Positions 10,047-22,739 of a DNA stretch of 38,603 nt are shown in pieces; positions within the stretch are counted from its first letter, which is position 1, and every line of letters begins with the position of its first letter. Position numbers and translations under genes: made by a program. Source of the stretch: Vezdaea acicularis (taxonomy: Eukaryota); contig JAPEUI010000140.1 in NCBI GenBank assembly GCA_026025075.1, positions 1-38,603 of the forward strand, read 5' to 3'. The notes beneath the pieces were generated by a model, which was not told where the DNA came from, made no database searches, and saw only the letters and a list, made by a program, of their open reading frames with translations.

Positions 10047-10067
10047 GTCGGCGCAGAGTGCTCCGAC
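10047..10067. promoter_or_regulatory. Palindromic CGG-N11-CCG site (Gal4-type Zn2Cys6 candidate) upstream of the FAD monooxygenase
   Basis: GTCGGcGCAgagTGCtCCGAC has 8 of 9 arm positions symmetric and lies about 150 bp before the ATG at 10214. Confidence 0.45.
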
Positions 10068-10213
10068 ACAGACTCGCACAAGGCTGACGTTCTCCTAGAA
10101 TGCTTGAACATGTTCCCTTAAATATCCCGATATGGCCGCAAGTATTGCACGAAGAAAAGCTCTGGCATCTCTTTGTAAGAACCTGAGGATATTGGGCCAT
10201 CCATTGAGAGAAA

Positions 10214-11488
10214 ATGATTAGAAATTGCATTATAATCGGCGGTGGTGTCGCGGGACCGGCTACAGCGCTTACCCTTTCGAAAGTTGGGATTCAGTGCTCA
10301 ATCTACGAGCTTCGAGACACGCCAGCCACGATTGGTGGTGCGATCAATCTTACGCCTAATGCCCTTGAAATTCTTCACGATCTAGGCGTCGAGGTATCTG
10401 GTTGTCTTGTCGAATCCATTGATCTTTTCTCTATATACAGGACTCAGAAACTAGGAGAAATACCCTTTCGAAAACCTGGGAGGCAGGCGAGGCGTGTTTT
10501 GCGCAAGACTCTCCAGGACGAACTGTTGAAGGTCGTTGACGCGGCTGGAATCAAGGTCACCTATGGGTCCAAGCTGGTTGGTATTGTAAAAGATCTTGAA
10601 AATAATAAGATCACAGCCAAATTCTCAAATGGTTCTTCGGCGTCAGCAGAGTTCGTCATTGGTTGTGATGGTGTGCACTCAGCTGTTCGTACAACCTACG
10701 TTGAACCTGAGCGAGCAGCAACATATACTGGAGTTGCTTCAGCATATGCTTTTGTACCCACATCATCTATAAAATCTCCGGTTCACTTCGCTACTACAGC
10801 GTTAAATATGTCCCGAAGCGGATCGATGTTGACATCCTTCCATGATCAGGAGAAGTCTAGTGTTTACCTAGCGGCAGTGATGCAGCTTCCAGGTCAAGAT
10901 TCCAAGGAGAGTTGGAAAGCCAGAGGAGCAGATAAGGACTCCACGTTGCAGGAGATTCATCGAAGATATAGAGACTCGGCATTCCCCTGCATACCAGAGA
11001 TGATTGATCAAGTCACTGAATTCATATTCTACCCTGTATTCGCGCTGTCCGCTGGAGGAAAGTGGTCTCGAGGAAACGCTTTGCTTATAGGTGATGCTGC
11101 TCATACTGTGAGTCGATAATTTCCCTCTTGAATTTGCATGCAGTTGCCTTCTCTAACTCCTGTTGCTTACTATGGTCAATAGATGCCGCCTCAAGGGCAA
11201 AGCGTTGGGTTGGCACTTGAAGACAGCATTCTTCTATCACGAGTCTTCGACACTTTCCCTAAAAAACCAGTGCAAAATATATTCAGAATATACGAGGACA
11301 CACGCCGACCGCGAATCAATGAGGCTTGGATCGCTGCAACAAATCAGTGGGAAAACGTAAAGGATACACCTTGGTGGGCTTTCTTGTTGAAAGAATGGTT
11401 TACGTGGCTTTATCTATGGTGGGCCAGAGATAGTTTTGAGAAGAGCCATGACTACGATATTAGAAAGACGGAACTTGTTTTGGCCTGA
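10214..11488 (+). CDS. Group A FAD-dependent monooxygenase (salicylate hydroxylase/UbiH-like); intron 11108-11182
   Basis: IIGGGVAG, IGCDGVHSAVR and LIGDAAHT|MPPQGQS motifs (GxGxxG, DG and GD fingerprints). Confidence 0.92.
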
Positions 11489-11723
11489 ACTCACATCAAG
11501 CGCAAGTCCTTACATCGCAAGCGCTAGCCCCTTTTCGAGGCGCAGATCGGCTTGGAGACGCAGAGGTACTCTAAGGCACCTCATTTTCGCGAATTGCGAA
11601 GAAGGCGGAATAAATGCAAGATACATGCGGACTCCTCGGCTGCTCACGGCCATCCCAACCTAGCTATGCAAGTAGCGCATGAACGCAAAGGAGTCCCTAA
11701 ACTCGAGTATCAAATCCAGATTT

Positions 11724-13062
11724 TCAAGGTTGATCAGCCATAACGCCAGAGATTCGCAGCGCAAGATCCAGTATGCAGAGATGCTCATCTGCACCGTCGA
11801 CTAGCCGTTTATCTATTTCCGAGAAGACCATTACAATCCGATTCTTTGCCTTGTCTGATATCGAATCATCGTAAAGCAATATCGCGTATAACTAGCCTCA
11901 ATGTTAGGAATTACTCCATAACTTATAGCACGAGCAACTGAATGCCGGACTCACCTGTGAGACTACCTGCGTGGCGCTCCATCCATCTGCAACCATATCT
12001 TCAACCACCTTCGCTACTTCCCGGTAAACCTTACCCTTTCCTTTGGCTTGCATTGCATCTACCAGCCTCTGCATAACCCCAGTCGGTATCACCCCGGCAA
12101 TCTCCTCCACAACCTTCACGTTTACCACCCCCTTCTCTTCCCCATCGATCTTCATCTCGTCCGCGTTGTCCCCGTCCTCGAGTGGTCCCTGTCCCCTTGC
12201 GCCCATCAACCTTGCCGCGCTTTGTAGAAATGTGATAGCTTTCCGTAGATCCCCATCGGCGGCCTTGACCAAGGCAGGCAGCACGCCGTCTTCAACGTGC
12301 ACACCCTCTAGTTTCGCGATGTCGGATAGCCGGCCTACCGCGTTCTTGGCATCCAGGCTCTTAAATCGAAACTTGCTGCACCTACTTGCCAATGGGTCAA
12401 TGATCCTTGTAACATAATTGCACACCAAGCAGAACCGCGTGATCCGCGAATACGTCTCCATTGTTCTCCTGAGAGCGCTCTGGGCATCTTGCGTCATACT
12501 GTCTGCTTCGTCTAGTATAATGATCTTGTAGGGAGGACAAGGATATTTCTCCTTGTATGCTTCGGTAGGGTGTGTAAGTTGAGTCCTGGCAAAGTCCTTC
12601 ACCTTCTCTCGTACTATGCTGATACCCCGCTCATCAGAGGCGTTCAACTCCAGAACGCGAGACCGGAACATATCAGGGCCAAAGAGCGTACGAGATAGGG
12701 CGAGGATTGTACTGGTCTTTCCTGTACCGGGTGGACCATAGAATAGCATATGAGGGAGCTAGTATACTATGAATACACAATTCGCACGGCGGATTGTATG
12801 CAGCTTACGTTCGAAGATTGAAGGGTTCTTTGTAGTACTGTGATTGTATGATCTTGCGCCGTGACATCTTCCAGACTCTTTGGACGGCTATCATGGAGGG
12901 TTAGCGTTTGTCAGAGCTACTAAGCACGCAGATAAGGGTTAGGATGTACTATTTCTCCACCCACGGCTGCTGCCGATTTGTCTCCTTCTTTGGCGCAGGT
13001 TTCGATAATCCATTTGTGAAGGCAGCGGCACGAGCCTTATTATTGAAGAAATTGGTCGCCAT
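11724..13062 (-). CDS. RFC2: Replication factor C small subunit (yeast Rfc2 / human RFC4); introns 12888-12949, 12759-12808, 11892-11954
   Basis: PWVEKYRP, Walker [39 protein letters not shown] motif and C-terminal [12 protein letters not shown]. Stop at 11724-11726. Confidence 0.95.
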
Positions 13063-13154
13063 TACCACAATTAGAGGCGACAGAGTGTTTACCTCCGTGC
13101 TCTTAGATTGAACTAGAGCAATTTGGCCCTGACAAGAAATACCACTTTTAGACG

Positions 13155-13160
13155 ACGCGT
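13155..13160. promoter_or_regulatory. MCB (MluI cell-cycle box) candidate in the RFC2/DSC4 divergent promoter
   Basis: ACGCGT lies about 95 bp upstream of the RFC2 ATG. MCBs are typical of fungal DNA-replication genes, but a single hexamer is weak evidence. Confidence 0.45.
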
Positions 13161-13365
13161 TCTGACCGCGGCACCCCACTCACAGTTCGGCTTTGGGACA
13201 AGCCTCCGAGTTACACGCCGCTTTAGCCGCAGACTCTTGCCAAGCTCACGACGACATCAACATGATTTGAGGTCGCATTTTGAGGCTAAGTAACTACACA
13301 GTCGCCTTTTGGCCTCCTCATGGAATTTAAAGAATCTCCACCGCTCATGTGCTCCGCACCTCGCT

Positions 13366-14328
13366 ATGCCAGATGACGACCGTGTCGAGCCAGCGTCACC
13401 CTCTTTCCCCTCCGCTCGACTCCGAGTGCAGCGCAAGAAGCGGCTTGAGTACCTCCAGGACCTGCTACGCACTCTTGATATAACGATCTATGCACATTTC
13501 TCGATACTTTTCTACCTTGAGTTCGTGTTCTCGTGGATATCTCCTTTGAGGTGAAGAATCGATCAACTAACTTCTCACGATAGTTCATCCTTTGCGCTCT
13601 TCGTCCTCCGCACCTTAACTCATCTCACCATCCTCACCCCAAAACCAGCAAACATTCGCGCAGTTCCACCCCCTCCCTCCCTTACCACTTTAATAATTGC
13701 TACAATAATATCTATTGCCTTTCACTCACTTAACGCCGCGCCCTCCGCAGGCGAAGCAACACATGGCTACATCCATGGCTCCCTTCTAATCGACTTCGTT
13801 GGGGTGCACGGGCCTGTCAGCAAAATACGACTCATTTTGACAGACCTTTTGGTTTTAATGATGCAGATAGTTATGATGGGAGTTACGTGCGAAAAAACGC
13901 TTATTAAGGATAAGCTTGCAGGAGAAGGGGAAAGTAGCGGGGGTGATGTCCTAGGGACGCAGGACATGGACGCTGAAGAAAGGGGGGTGCACCGTGAAGA
14001 TGCCGAGACTGTAGTAGATGGTTTGGATGGTATTGAACTTCAACCCCTTATTGGCGAGCCTGGCGCAAGGGACCTTGATGAGGAGGAGGGAAGGCCTCCT
14101 CCTCTCGAGCTACTGGCCGGGCGGGATGTTATGTTGGAGGGGCCCCTCGACACGTTTTATACTGGGTCGGTCGTTGTAGCGGAGGTTGATTTATGGGATA
14201 CGGTGCGCAAGAGGTTTTGGATGCAAAGTACGGCAGGAGGGGATGTACGGGAAAGCTTGAATGAAGCGATGAGGAGAAGCGGATTCAGTGTGAGATGGAG
14301 AAGAGGAAACGTGGTAGGGCCCGGATAG
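13366..14328 (+). CDS. DSC4: DUF1746 / DSC E3 ubiquitin ligase complex subunit 4-like; intron 13521-13583
   Basis: LLRTLDITIYAHFSILFYLD, LTPKP, GEATHGYIHGSLLIDFVG, DLLVLMMQIVM and QDMDAEERG match the DUF1746 pattern as I recall it. Confidence 0.8.
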
Positions 14329-14457
14329 ACATTGCATCAATGGCGTTATCATCTTCAGCATAATCTGGGGTTTGGTGTGTTCATGGCAGATCAGCACAAT
14401 AAATCATCTGCAACCGCTATAACTTAGAAGTGCAGGCGGTAGGAACATCTATTACTA

Positions 14458-15763
14458 CTACTTAGCAAACGCGCCTGTCTCTTGCCGCGTCTTCTGCTTC
14501 AGCAAATCCCCCACCTTAGGCGGAAGGACCATTTTACTCCTATCGTTCCTGCGATAGAAGTCAATCAGTATGGCTGCAGTCTTCGCCGGCTGGTCCTCAT
14601 GAATAAAATGACCTGCTTCCGGGAACACCTGCAGCTGATATTTCCCCTGCATTTGTCCAATCATGAGGTCTTTGTCCAGCCGGTCGGTTCCAGCTAACAA
14701 CAGTAGCTTCCCTCCTTTTGCTGTGAGAAACTTCTGCGAAAGGCCAATGAACCAGTCTTCCCAGAAAGGTTGAGTTGCAGCGAGGTTGGTCCGCCACATA
14801 TAAGATTGTGTAGGAGATGACGAGCGGCGGACTAATGCAGGTACTGATATTCGTGCAGATAAACTGTTACGGATGGTACGAGTGCGGGTATGCCATTCAA
14901 TAGCAGCAGAGAGTGAAGGAAAGCCGGAAGGACGAGTTGCAAGATATGTTTGCATACTTTGGAGTGCGTCCATAGCTGATCCTTCTACAACGTCCAGGAC
15001 AGCGTATGCGAGGACGCTGTTTCCTAGAGTACCCCTTTTCGCAACTTCGGTGACAACTGCACCACCCAAGCTGTGGCCAATCAGCACGAGGTCTGGAATT
15101 TCCTTGCCGGGTATCGTTTCTTGAAAAATCTGTACAACATTGATTAAGTCGTCAGCGAGCGTCTCGAGACTTAAGTCAAGCACTAGGTTTGGGTCGTTAG
15201 GATCCTTTGAATGAACGACCGTTTCTCCATGCCCTCGAGCATCAATAGAGAGAAAACCTGCGCTCGGAAGGCCCTTATGGAGCTCTTGTGCGCATGCTGC
15301 AAATGACAACCCAGATGAACCGGCACCATGGTGCGCTACGAATATTGGGCTTCCCTTAGAGGGTGCTAAATAATATGCATGATAAGTGATATTTGCTGTA
15401 GGGCTATCGTATGGGAGATGCAGTTCCTGGGAGAAAAATTCTGTCCATTGAAGAGGTTCAAGCGTCCGTCTCCCTACCCGGCGGTCACTTCATATAAGGG
15501 TTTAGTCTAGCTTGACGTGCGGTGGGGAGACGGCATGCTTACCCCTGAGGCCGCGCAAACAAGTTCTGACTCGGTAAAGGTTTAATAGTCCCCGTCGAAG
15601 ATGTAGATGAAGCTGACGAAGAATCACCATCATCATGTTTTAAGGGTGCCTCGCTCGAGCCTTCTTCTTCCTCTTCTTCCTCTTCCTCAGGCAATAGCTG
15701 AGCCTCTAAAGCCCCAAGCTTTTCTAACTTCGCTTTCGCAAAAGAACGTTGCAAGTCGCTCAT
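14458..15763 (-). CDS. PPE1: Protein phosphatase 2A methylesterase 1; intron 15488-15542
   Basis: MSDLQRSFAKAKL start, HHGAGSSG, IDARGHG, GHSLGG, LDVVEGSA, LLLLAGTDRLDKDLMIGQMQGKYQL and GHFIHED. Confidence 0.95.
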
Positions 15764-16623
15764 TCTTATAAATGTCGTGAAGAGCTTGAATTTCTGTCAC
15801 GAGCGGTAAATGAGCAAGGAAGAAGTATATGGCTGGAATTTGAGGGGCTTCGCATAGAGTATTCCAGAGTGATCAGAATTGAACAGCAGGTATCCTGGTC
15901 TATCTTGATCCCTGGAGAAGGGCAGCCACTCGATGATAACTATACGAGCAGAAGGATATCTAAGACCTATCCTAGGCTTTTCTTTTCAATGGTTGTGTCG
16001 AAGCTCTTTGGACTTGCTGTCTCCTGAGCTCAAAAACTATAACGCATCGGCCCTCAACAAAAGTACTCGAATAAACCTATATGTTGACAGAGGTTGCTTC
16101 TTTGCACTTTCATGACCGCATATCATCAAATCCGCTCAACTCTCATCGCCTCAGGCAGATACTAATGTTTTCCTTCGAGAATAGTCCACCTCTTCGCAAT
16201 GGACGGGACTTTCCGCTACATGTAACTTCAGAGAAACTTAATGGCATTCTGATATCACATGCAGTCATCGGCCAGAGCTGCAGCCAAGAGCGCGCTAAGC
16301 TCACATCCGATGACGTCGGGACCTAGACCCTTTCCAGACCAAGCTTAATTTCTCATACCTAACGACTTCGACCAAGCCCCTCACCATCTCCTCGTTCATG
16401 CACTTCGTCATTTGACCGTTTTCGTTGTGTTTCCTCCCACTTGGCAGCTGGATCTCTCAAGTGCAACCATCCTGTCCGTTCACAGTATCAGTATTACCAT
16501 ACGAAACCTCCTGTTACCCCTCACACCGTTCGATGAGAGTGGGTGACGGCAAGGTGCAAGGCAGCAGTGTGCTTTTAAATTAATATACCTTCGAAATTTT
16601 GAGAATATCCCCTCGTCATCATC

Positions 16624-18264
16624 ATGGTTTCTCTCTGGGGTTCCAAAAAGGACAATGGGCTCGGCGAAGACGAAGAGAGCTCAGCCCGCAATGACAATAC
16701 GGGCGAGAGCCAACCTAGTCATACGACAGCTTCTCATTCCCATGAGCCTACAGAACGAACACGACTCCTAGCATCACCCCCGGGTGGTTATCTAGACCCT
16801 GATGACCCAGCAGTAAGTGTATTGCCAACAAATATATCTCCGTAATACTTATAATAGCTACAGGTATCCCCTTACAACCTCTGGACTGTCCGTGCTTTGC
16901 GATACCTTTCAATACTCTTCCTCATAGTCACATTCCTTTGGTGGGTTTTGCTGTTGGTCTCGATCTTTGTCTCCCCTCCTGCAATGCACTCCCGAGGCAG
17001 TGGATTCTTCGACTTCTCTTACACGACGCTCACAGCCGGGAATCTTCTCATCGCAGTCCTCTTCTTCTCCAACCCTTCCAAAGCGCAGCGTATCCCTGCC
17101 CTCACAATTGCAGTCCTTCTTCTCGTCAACATGATTATTATCGTGGCGGTCTCCCGCATCCGTGCGGAAGAAGGCTGGGTGGGTATTACCTCCGTTGTAT
17201 GGGCACTGTTGATGGCCATCTGGACCGTGGTGACCGACCGTGTGGTAGCGTGGGGCAAAAAGGAAGAAGAAGAGCGCCTCACAGGTCGCGAAGAAACACG
17301 CCGTACCCTCAAGGAATGGCTTGCCGTTCTCCTTGAGACTATCCTGATGGTAGTACTCATCCTTGTGGCGGTTCTCCTCTCAGCAACACTAATTCTACGC
17401 GCTCGCGACGCCTCTCTCCCCGCTCCAGGTGAGAAATATCCTGTTGATGGTGGGAAGTACGAAGTCCACCTCTACTGCCACGGCAAAGCTACAAAGAACC
17501 CAACTGTCTTCCTCGAGGGCGGCGAGAGCCCCGTAGAATCAGGCCTTGTGCCTTTCGCGAAGAACGCAGTAGCAAACGGAACAATCGACCGCTTCTGCTA
17601 CTGGGATCGCCCCGGCCTCGCATTCAGTGATAATGCACCATCCCCCTTTTCTGCTAGCATGGCTGCAGTTGCACTCTCAGAGGCTCTCGCACGCGCAGGG
17701 GAGGAAGGTCCCTGGGTTTTGCTTAGCGCGGGCGTAGGCAGCGTCTATTCGCGCGTATTCGCAGCGAGGCAAGTTCTGGAAGTCAAGGGGTTAATGCTGG
17801 TAGACCCTTTACAAGAGGACCTATTATACCGTCTCGCCAAGCCAGGCCGAGGATTCCTCTTGTGGGCCCGCGGCGTCATCTCCCCGCTCGGGCTGGACCG
17901 CCTTTCCGGCGCATTGTTCCGTGGTCGCACCCGTGAAGACCGTGTCTATGGCAAATCTGCGTCCCAAAGCGGACGTTACATCAAAGCAAAGCTCCAGGAA
18001 AGTCTTGTCGCAGACAGTCTGACGAAGAACGATGTTGTGGCCAGCAAGACGATCTTGGGACGTGAATACCCGCTCGTGGTGGTCAGTTCAGGGATCGAGG
18101 TCAAGAGGGACGACGGGTGGGCGGATGGGCAGAAGAAGGCGAGTGAGCTGAGCGACAAGCTTTTGAGCTGGAGTGTGGTGAGGAAGGCGCCGCATCAGGT
18201 ATGGGAGACGCTCGAAGGGAGGGAAACAATGGAGCAATGGCTAGGAGAGCTGGTGAAGAAGTAG
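16624..18264 (+). CDS. Conserved fungal multi-pass membrane protein with C-terminal alpha/beta-hydrolase-like domain; intron 16813-16863
   Basis: GYLDPDDPA|VSPYNLWTVR, about five hydrophobic segments, PGEKYPVDGGKYEVHLYC, CYWDRPGLAFSD, LVDP and APHQVW. Confidence 0.88.
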
Positions 18265-18802
18265 AAGTGATGTGGTAGGAGCGTAATCATATTGAGCAAG
18301 CAGTGAAGGGGATGGCGAATTCTTATATATAATTTGTGTTAGTTCTACGCATGTTTTGGCATTTTCTAGTCATATCATGCAATTAAGTAAGCGATTATCA
18401 GTGCGGAACTTCTTTGTACTTCACAGGCAGGCTGTGTCTTATGTGTACTATGGGTATCGAGCGTTGTCCGTGTATCCAGCCGCCTCGTGCGTCTTAAATA
18501 TACATTGCGCATACTTCTCTCACTTTTCTTGTTCACGTCAAGATTTGGTAGCAGGCCTGTCGACATATCCACAATGACGAGCATGGTACAACGTGTCATA
18601 GTTAGATGGATTTTAGCATGATGTGGAAATCTACGCTTTTGATATTTGGGATGCGAATGTCATGTGCAGTAGTAACCTTTCCACCGCTCATGTGCGTAAC
18701 GCCGTCTTACCGGTTCGTTGCATGCACGTTCTTACCCCTGCCTGCCTTCCAGGGCACTCCCCTTGATCAGTCGGATTCTCTTTGGAAAGTTGGTGAGTGC
18801 TA

Positions 18803-20872
18803 TCAGACTATACTAAACCCCCGGATCCTCTTAGCAAGCTTATCTTCATCCTCAAAGGGCGAGGGGCGTTTAGGGGGCCGCTCACCACTCTCCCGCAGGA
18901 TTGCTGCTAGGGTCCGCCAGCCAGGCGTTGCAATCAGTTGGTAGCCGTCGGCAAGGTCATGCTTAGTTGCCACTCTACACAAGAGCGCTTCTTCTTCCTA
19001 GTTCTTATTGTCAGTATCCCCCTAATGCTTCTTCTCCGAGTGGGCAATAGCGAGATATAGGTACTTACCTGACTCATCACACCCATTCCGTGGAGGAAGC
19101 ATAGTAAGTGAAAGTCCGAGACGGCAGCCACGGTCTCATCCTGAGCCTTCTTTCCTCCAACAAGACCTAGTCGCTGAGCTAACGTCTTCAGCTCCTGGCT
19201 CTCTCCCATACTTCCACGGTTTTCGACGGGGAATGATCCCACGGGGGCACGGAAGGCTGGATTTGGGTCGCTCGGGAAACCGTGTGTAAGCGTTACAAGT
19301 AGGTACTCGACAGGGAATGAGGGTTTTGCATTCTCTTGTACGCTGGCGCCATACTCATTGATTCGCCGATAGAATACTTCTGGGATGTAGCGAGTTTGCT
19401 TCCCGTCGATGCCTTCCTCATCCTCCGATCGTACGAGCATGACACTCGGATCTGCGCTTGGCTCAACGATGTCTGCAAGATGCATCTCAACAGCCGAGTT
19501 AGAGGCTTGAAACGCAGAGATTGAGATGTTTCCCTCCGAATCACCGCTTACGACACAAGTCACAAAGTTCGATCCAAAGCGGCCGGTGTCGCTCCACTTA
19601 GTAGGCTTAGGGTGTTTCGCCTGTAGATGAGAGGCAAAGGCGATTTCAAGGCTAGAAAGGAAGTAGGAGTCGATATGACGCTTACAAATCACTGTTCCCT
19701 TTTGAGTTCCATCATCTATGAGGTCTGTGAATATCACCCCGACTTTCTGCAGTCCGCAAAGGGCAGCGACAGCGTCTACTTCTTTCTCGTTTTCCCATTC
19801 CTGGAGTGTCACCCCATCCATTTCGTTGTTTTGAGGCGGCTCGTAGATAGCCTCGACAACTGCCTTCACGCCAAGGGGAACTTCTTTGTATTCTTCGTAT
19901 CGTCCGTACATGAAGCCGACACGCTGCGCGCCACTATTCCGCCAAAAATCGAGGAGTGTGTTGATATGCGCAGGCGAGGAGAACTCGACATGATCAACCA
20001 TGCGGAAAGGTTGAGGTTGAAGTGTAATAGCGCTTGGTTGGCACTTTGTACAGATACCATCTGGCCACTGGGCATGTCCTGATGGGCAGTCGGGCTTTAC
20101 TCTATAGAAAGGTTCGCTGAGAGGTGGTATATAAGAACTCTTGAGCTCGGGCTTGTTTGTGGCACTGTTTATCTTCCGTAGGTAAGAATGAAAGGATAGA
20201 TGTTTAATCTTTCTTTCTGCGAGATACTCTGGCGCATATGGCTCGAGGGGCATGCAGTATTCGCACATTCCCTTCGGCCCATGCCTACACATCTTCGGAT
20301 CGAACTGCCTAGATATTTTGCCATCTAGCTTATCTAACCTATCATCCAGAGCAGACTGTTTTACAATTTCCCAAGGGTTTTTGATGGTAGGCGTGAGTTG
20401 TTGTATAGGTGCCGAAGGCACGTCTTCCGTTGTTAGCACCGGTTTGCCATTCAGACGATATGATGGTAGGGTCTCTTTTGAGTGACCGTTGGACAACGCA
20501 TCAACCTCTTTGTAGGATACATGCAAGATATCTCCATTCCTTCACCATATTAGTGGCGATTACTCTAAATGGTAAGGACCACCTTACTTCAACCCTACCT
20601 GTGATATCCTAACATGCTTTAATTGCCTTAGAAGCTTGCTATCGCCACCATGCGGTTTGTTTGACAACGTAATCGAGTTAGGGTCAACTTTTTCTGGTAG
20701 CAGTGCTATGAGCTTGACGCAACACAAATTCAACGTCAGATTTGAACATGATATGGACAGAACCTGAAAGAGAAGGAGTAGTTCATACTTTGCTTTGAAA
20801 AGATGTAAAATAATCGTTCGGCTCTACTGTAATGCGATGCATGCCATCGGGGCCCCGAAATCTTAGGATCAT
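18803..20872 (-). CDS. NPL4: Nuclear protein localization protein 4 (Cdc48 cofactor); introns 20713-20788, 20540-20587, 18998-19068
   Basis: [10 protein letters not shown] ubiquitin-like start, zinc fingers [12 protein letters not shown] and [33 protein letters not shown] and [15 protein letters not shown]. Last exon ends ESGERPPKR...GFSIV*. Confidence 0.95.
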
Positions 20873-21555
20873 ACCGTCGCAAGGGAACAGCGTGTCTATG
20901 AGATTGTCTACAAGCTTCTAGTTTTCAGTCGGAGTCAGTCGATTGGACGTAGAAGGCTATCGAGGCTAGAGTTCGAAGCTTTGTCTAGTAGGATAACCTT
21001 TTATCTCCGAAAGCGCTGAAGGTCGGCTCGAACACAAAGTGTAGTAGACGATGTTTGTAGGGTTATTTAAAGAGTATTGGAGGCTCCGGGGGCCTTCGAA
21101 TGATATGGAAAGGTGCGGTAACAAATCACAAACCATGCCACCCATCTCCTAGAGCTCGAGGCAGTGGAATCTACGTCAGTCGGGCAGCCTACGCGAAACC
21201 GCGGGTCCAGGCACCGAGGCTTCTGGAGCTAAGCCGGGGGCCGCTAGAACGAAAGCAGGATGCTTGCAGAGAAAGTTCGTTGGTTCGTCGTAAATATTTG
21301 GCGACAGTTGGCCTCAATTTATGCCCGACCCTCATCTAAGTCTGCGTGTTCTTGCCAGCACTGTTGCTTTTCCCCTTTAACCAGCTTCACTCTTCAACGC
21401 AGCCTTTCCGCCACTCCATTCCAACGGATTCCTGTACTTTTGCGCCCCAAGTAGCCTTGAGTTCGGCTTGTCATTCCGCTCAAAACCACATACGCTCCTT
21501 TTGACCATAACTCCTCCTAAGCCAATAGACTGAAGCAAATATATCGGCAGTCATT

Positions 21556-22324
21556 ATGGTGGACTGGTATGGGCTTATAATACCTTCGGTATACCTGGTG
21601 GTTCTGATCGGCTCTTTGGTTACTTTTTCATCTTTGTATCGAAAACGAAAAATTGCGAAGGCCGCCTCACTTGAGCCTTGGTTTCCTCCTCATCTACAGC
21701 GTAATATCTATTTGTCCCTTCTACATCTAGAGCCTGAATCTCAGGATAAGAAGCCCCCTCAAGTGCCTGAAAGTGTTCTGAAGGCCGCCTTACTTCGTAG
21801 AGCAACGGTAGATATACATCGCCTCCTTGAAATCCGAAACTCAAAGCAAGCTATCACCACACTATTACAAAGAGGTAGTGTTGGCGATGATCTATGGCAG
21901 AGATATCAACGAGCGGATCAAGAGATTAATGAAGAGCTTAGGGACGTCGTGAATGAGGTTTGTCACTGTCCCTTGACATGGCCTAGACACTATGAACTGA
22001 CGACCGTGAAAGGCGAACGCTTTTGCTCCGAATTGGGGCCAAATTCTCTTTCAGACTGCCAACGAGATGGCCCAGAATGCACTACTGAGGCAGAAAGTTG
22101 AGGAGATACAATCACAGGTGCAGTCTGAACGCGAATGGTGGGACAAGAAGCGAGCAACTACTCGGGAGGAGTTCCTCAAGGAGATAGAAGGGAGTCCCCA
22201 ACCTCAGAAGACGGGTGTTTCGGGTGAAAAGGGTGGGAGTGAGGATGATGCAGTTCTAGTGGAAGCAGGAGTCTCTGCCGCCAACAGTAAAAACTCTACA
22301 AAGAAGAAGAAAGGCAAAAAGTGA
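21556..22324 (+). CDS. SEC66: Sec63-complex translocation subunit Sec66/Sec71; intron 21958-22012
   Basis: N-terminal TM then FSSLYRKRK, WFPPHLQRNIY, LKAALLRRA, GSVGDDLW and E|ANAFAPNWGQILFQTANEM. Confidence 0.92.
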
Positions 22325-22739
22325 CGTGGTAATTTTACAACACTCTCAAACCCCCTATTCTGCGCTAGATCTACAGCACTCGCTTCATCTCCTCGAGCAT
22401 GATACTACCGAGTTATACCACACGCTAAGACATCAGCCTGACCCTCAAGCAAAACACATCAGCGCTCTATATCATTGCCCAAGTTTCCTATTATTTAGCG
22501 GCGTTCAGAGCCAAAACACAAATTGCAGCCAACACAGCATTGGAGCTCACTCTGCGCAGAGTCCACCGAGACAGCGACATGCGCTTCACAAGCTCCTCGT
22601 ATGGGTACCACCTTAATCCGATACTTATCACCTTTCCTTTCAAACGACGAGTCATGAGATATGATCATAGCGGATTCGAGAATCAGAATACCTGGTCCAA
22701 TCGCTGGCTAAGCGGAACCGAGGCGACCTAGACCTTGAT

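Noticed and set aside
18300..18885. Alternative NPL4 C-terminus via GTGAGC donor at 18885
   Set aside because: The donor is plausible, but I found no downstream exon with an NZF zinc finger or other support. RNA-seq would be needed.
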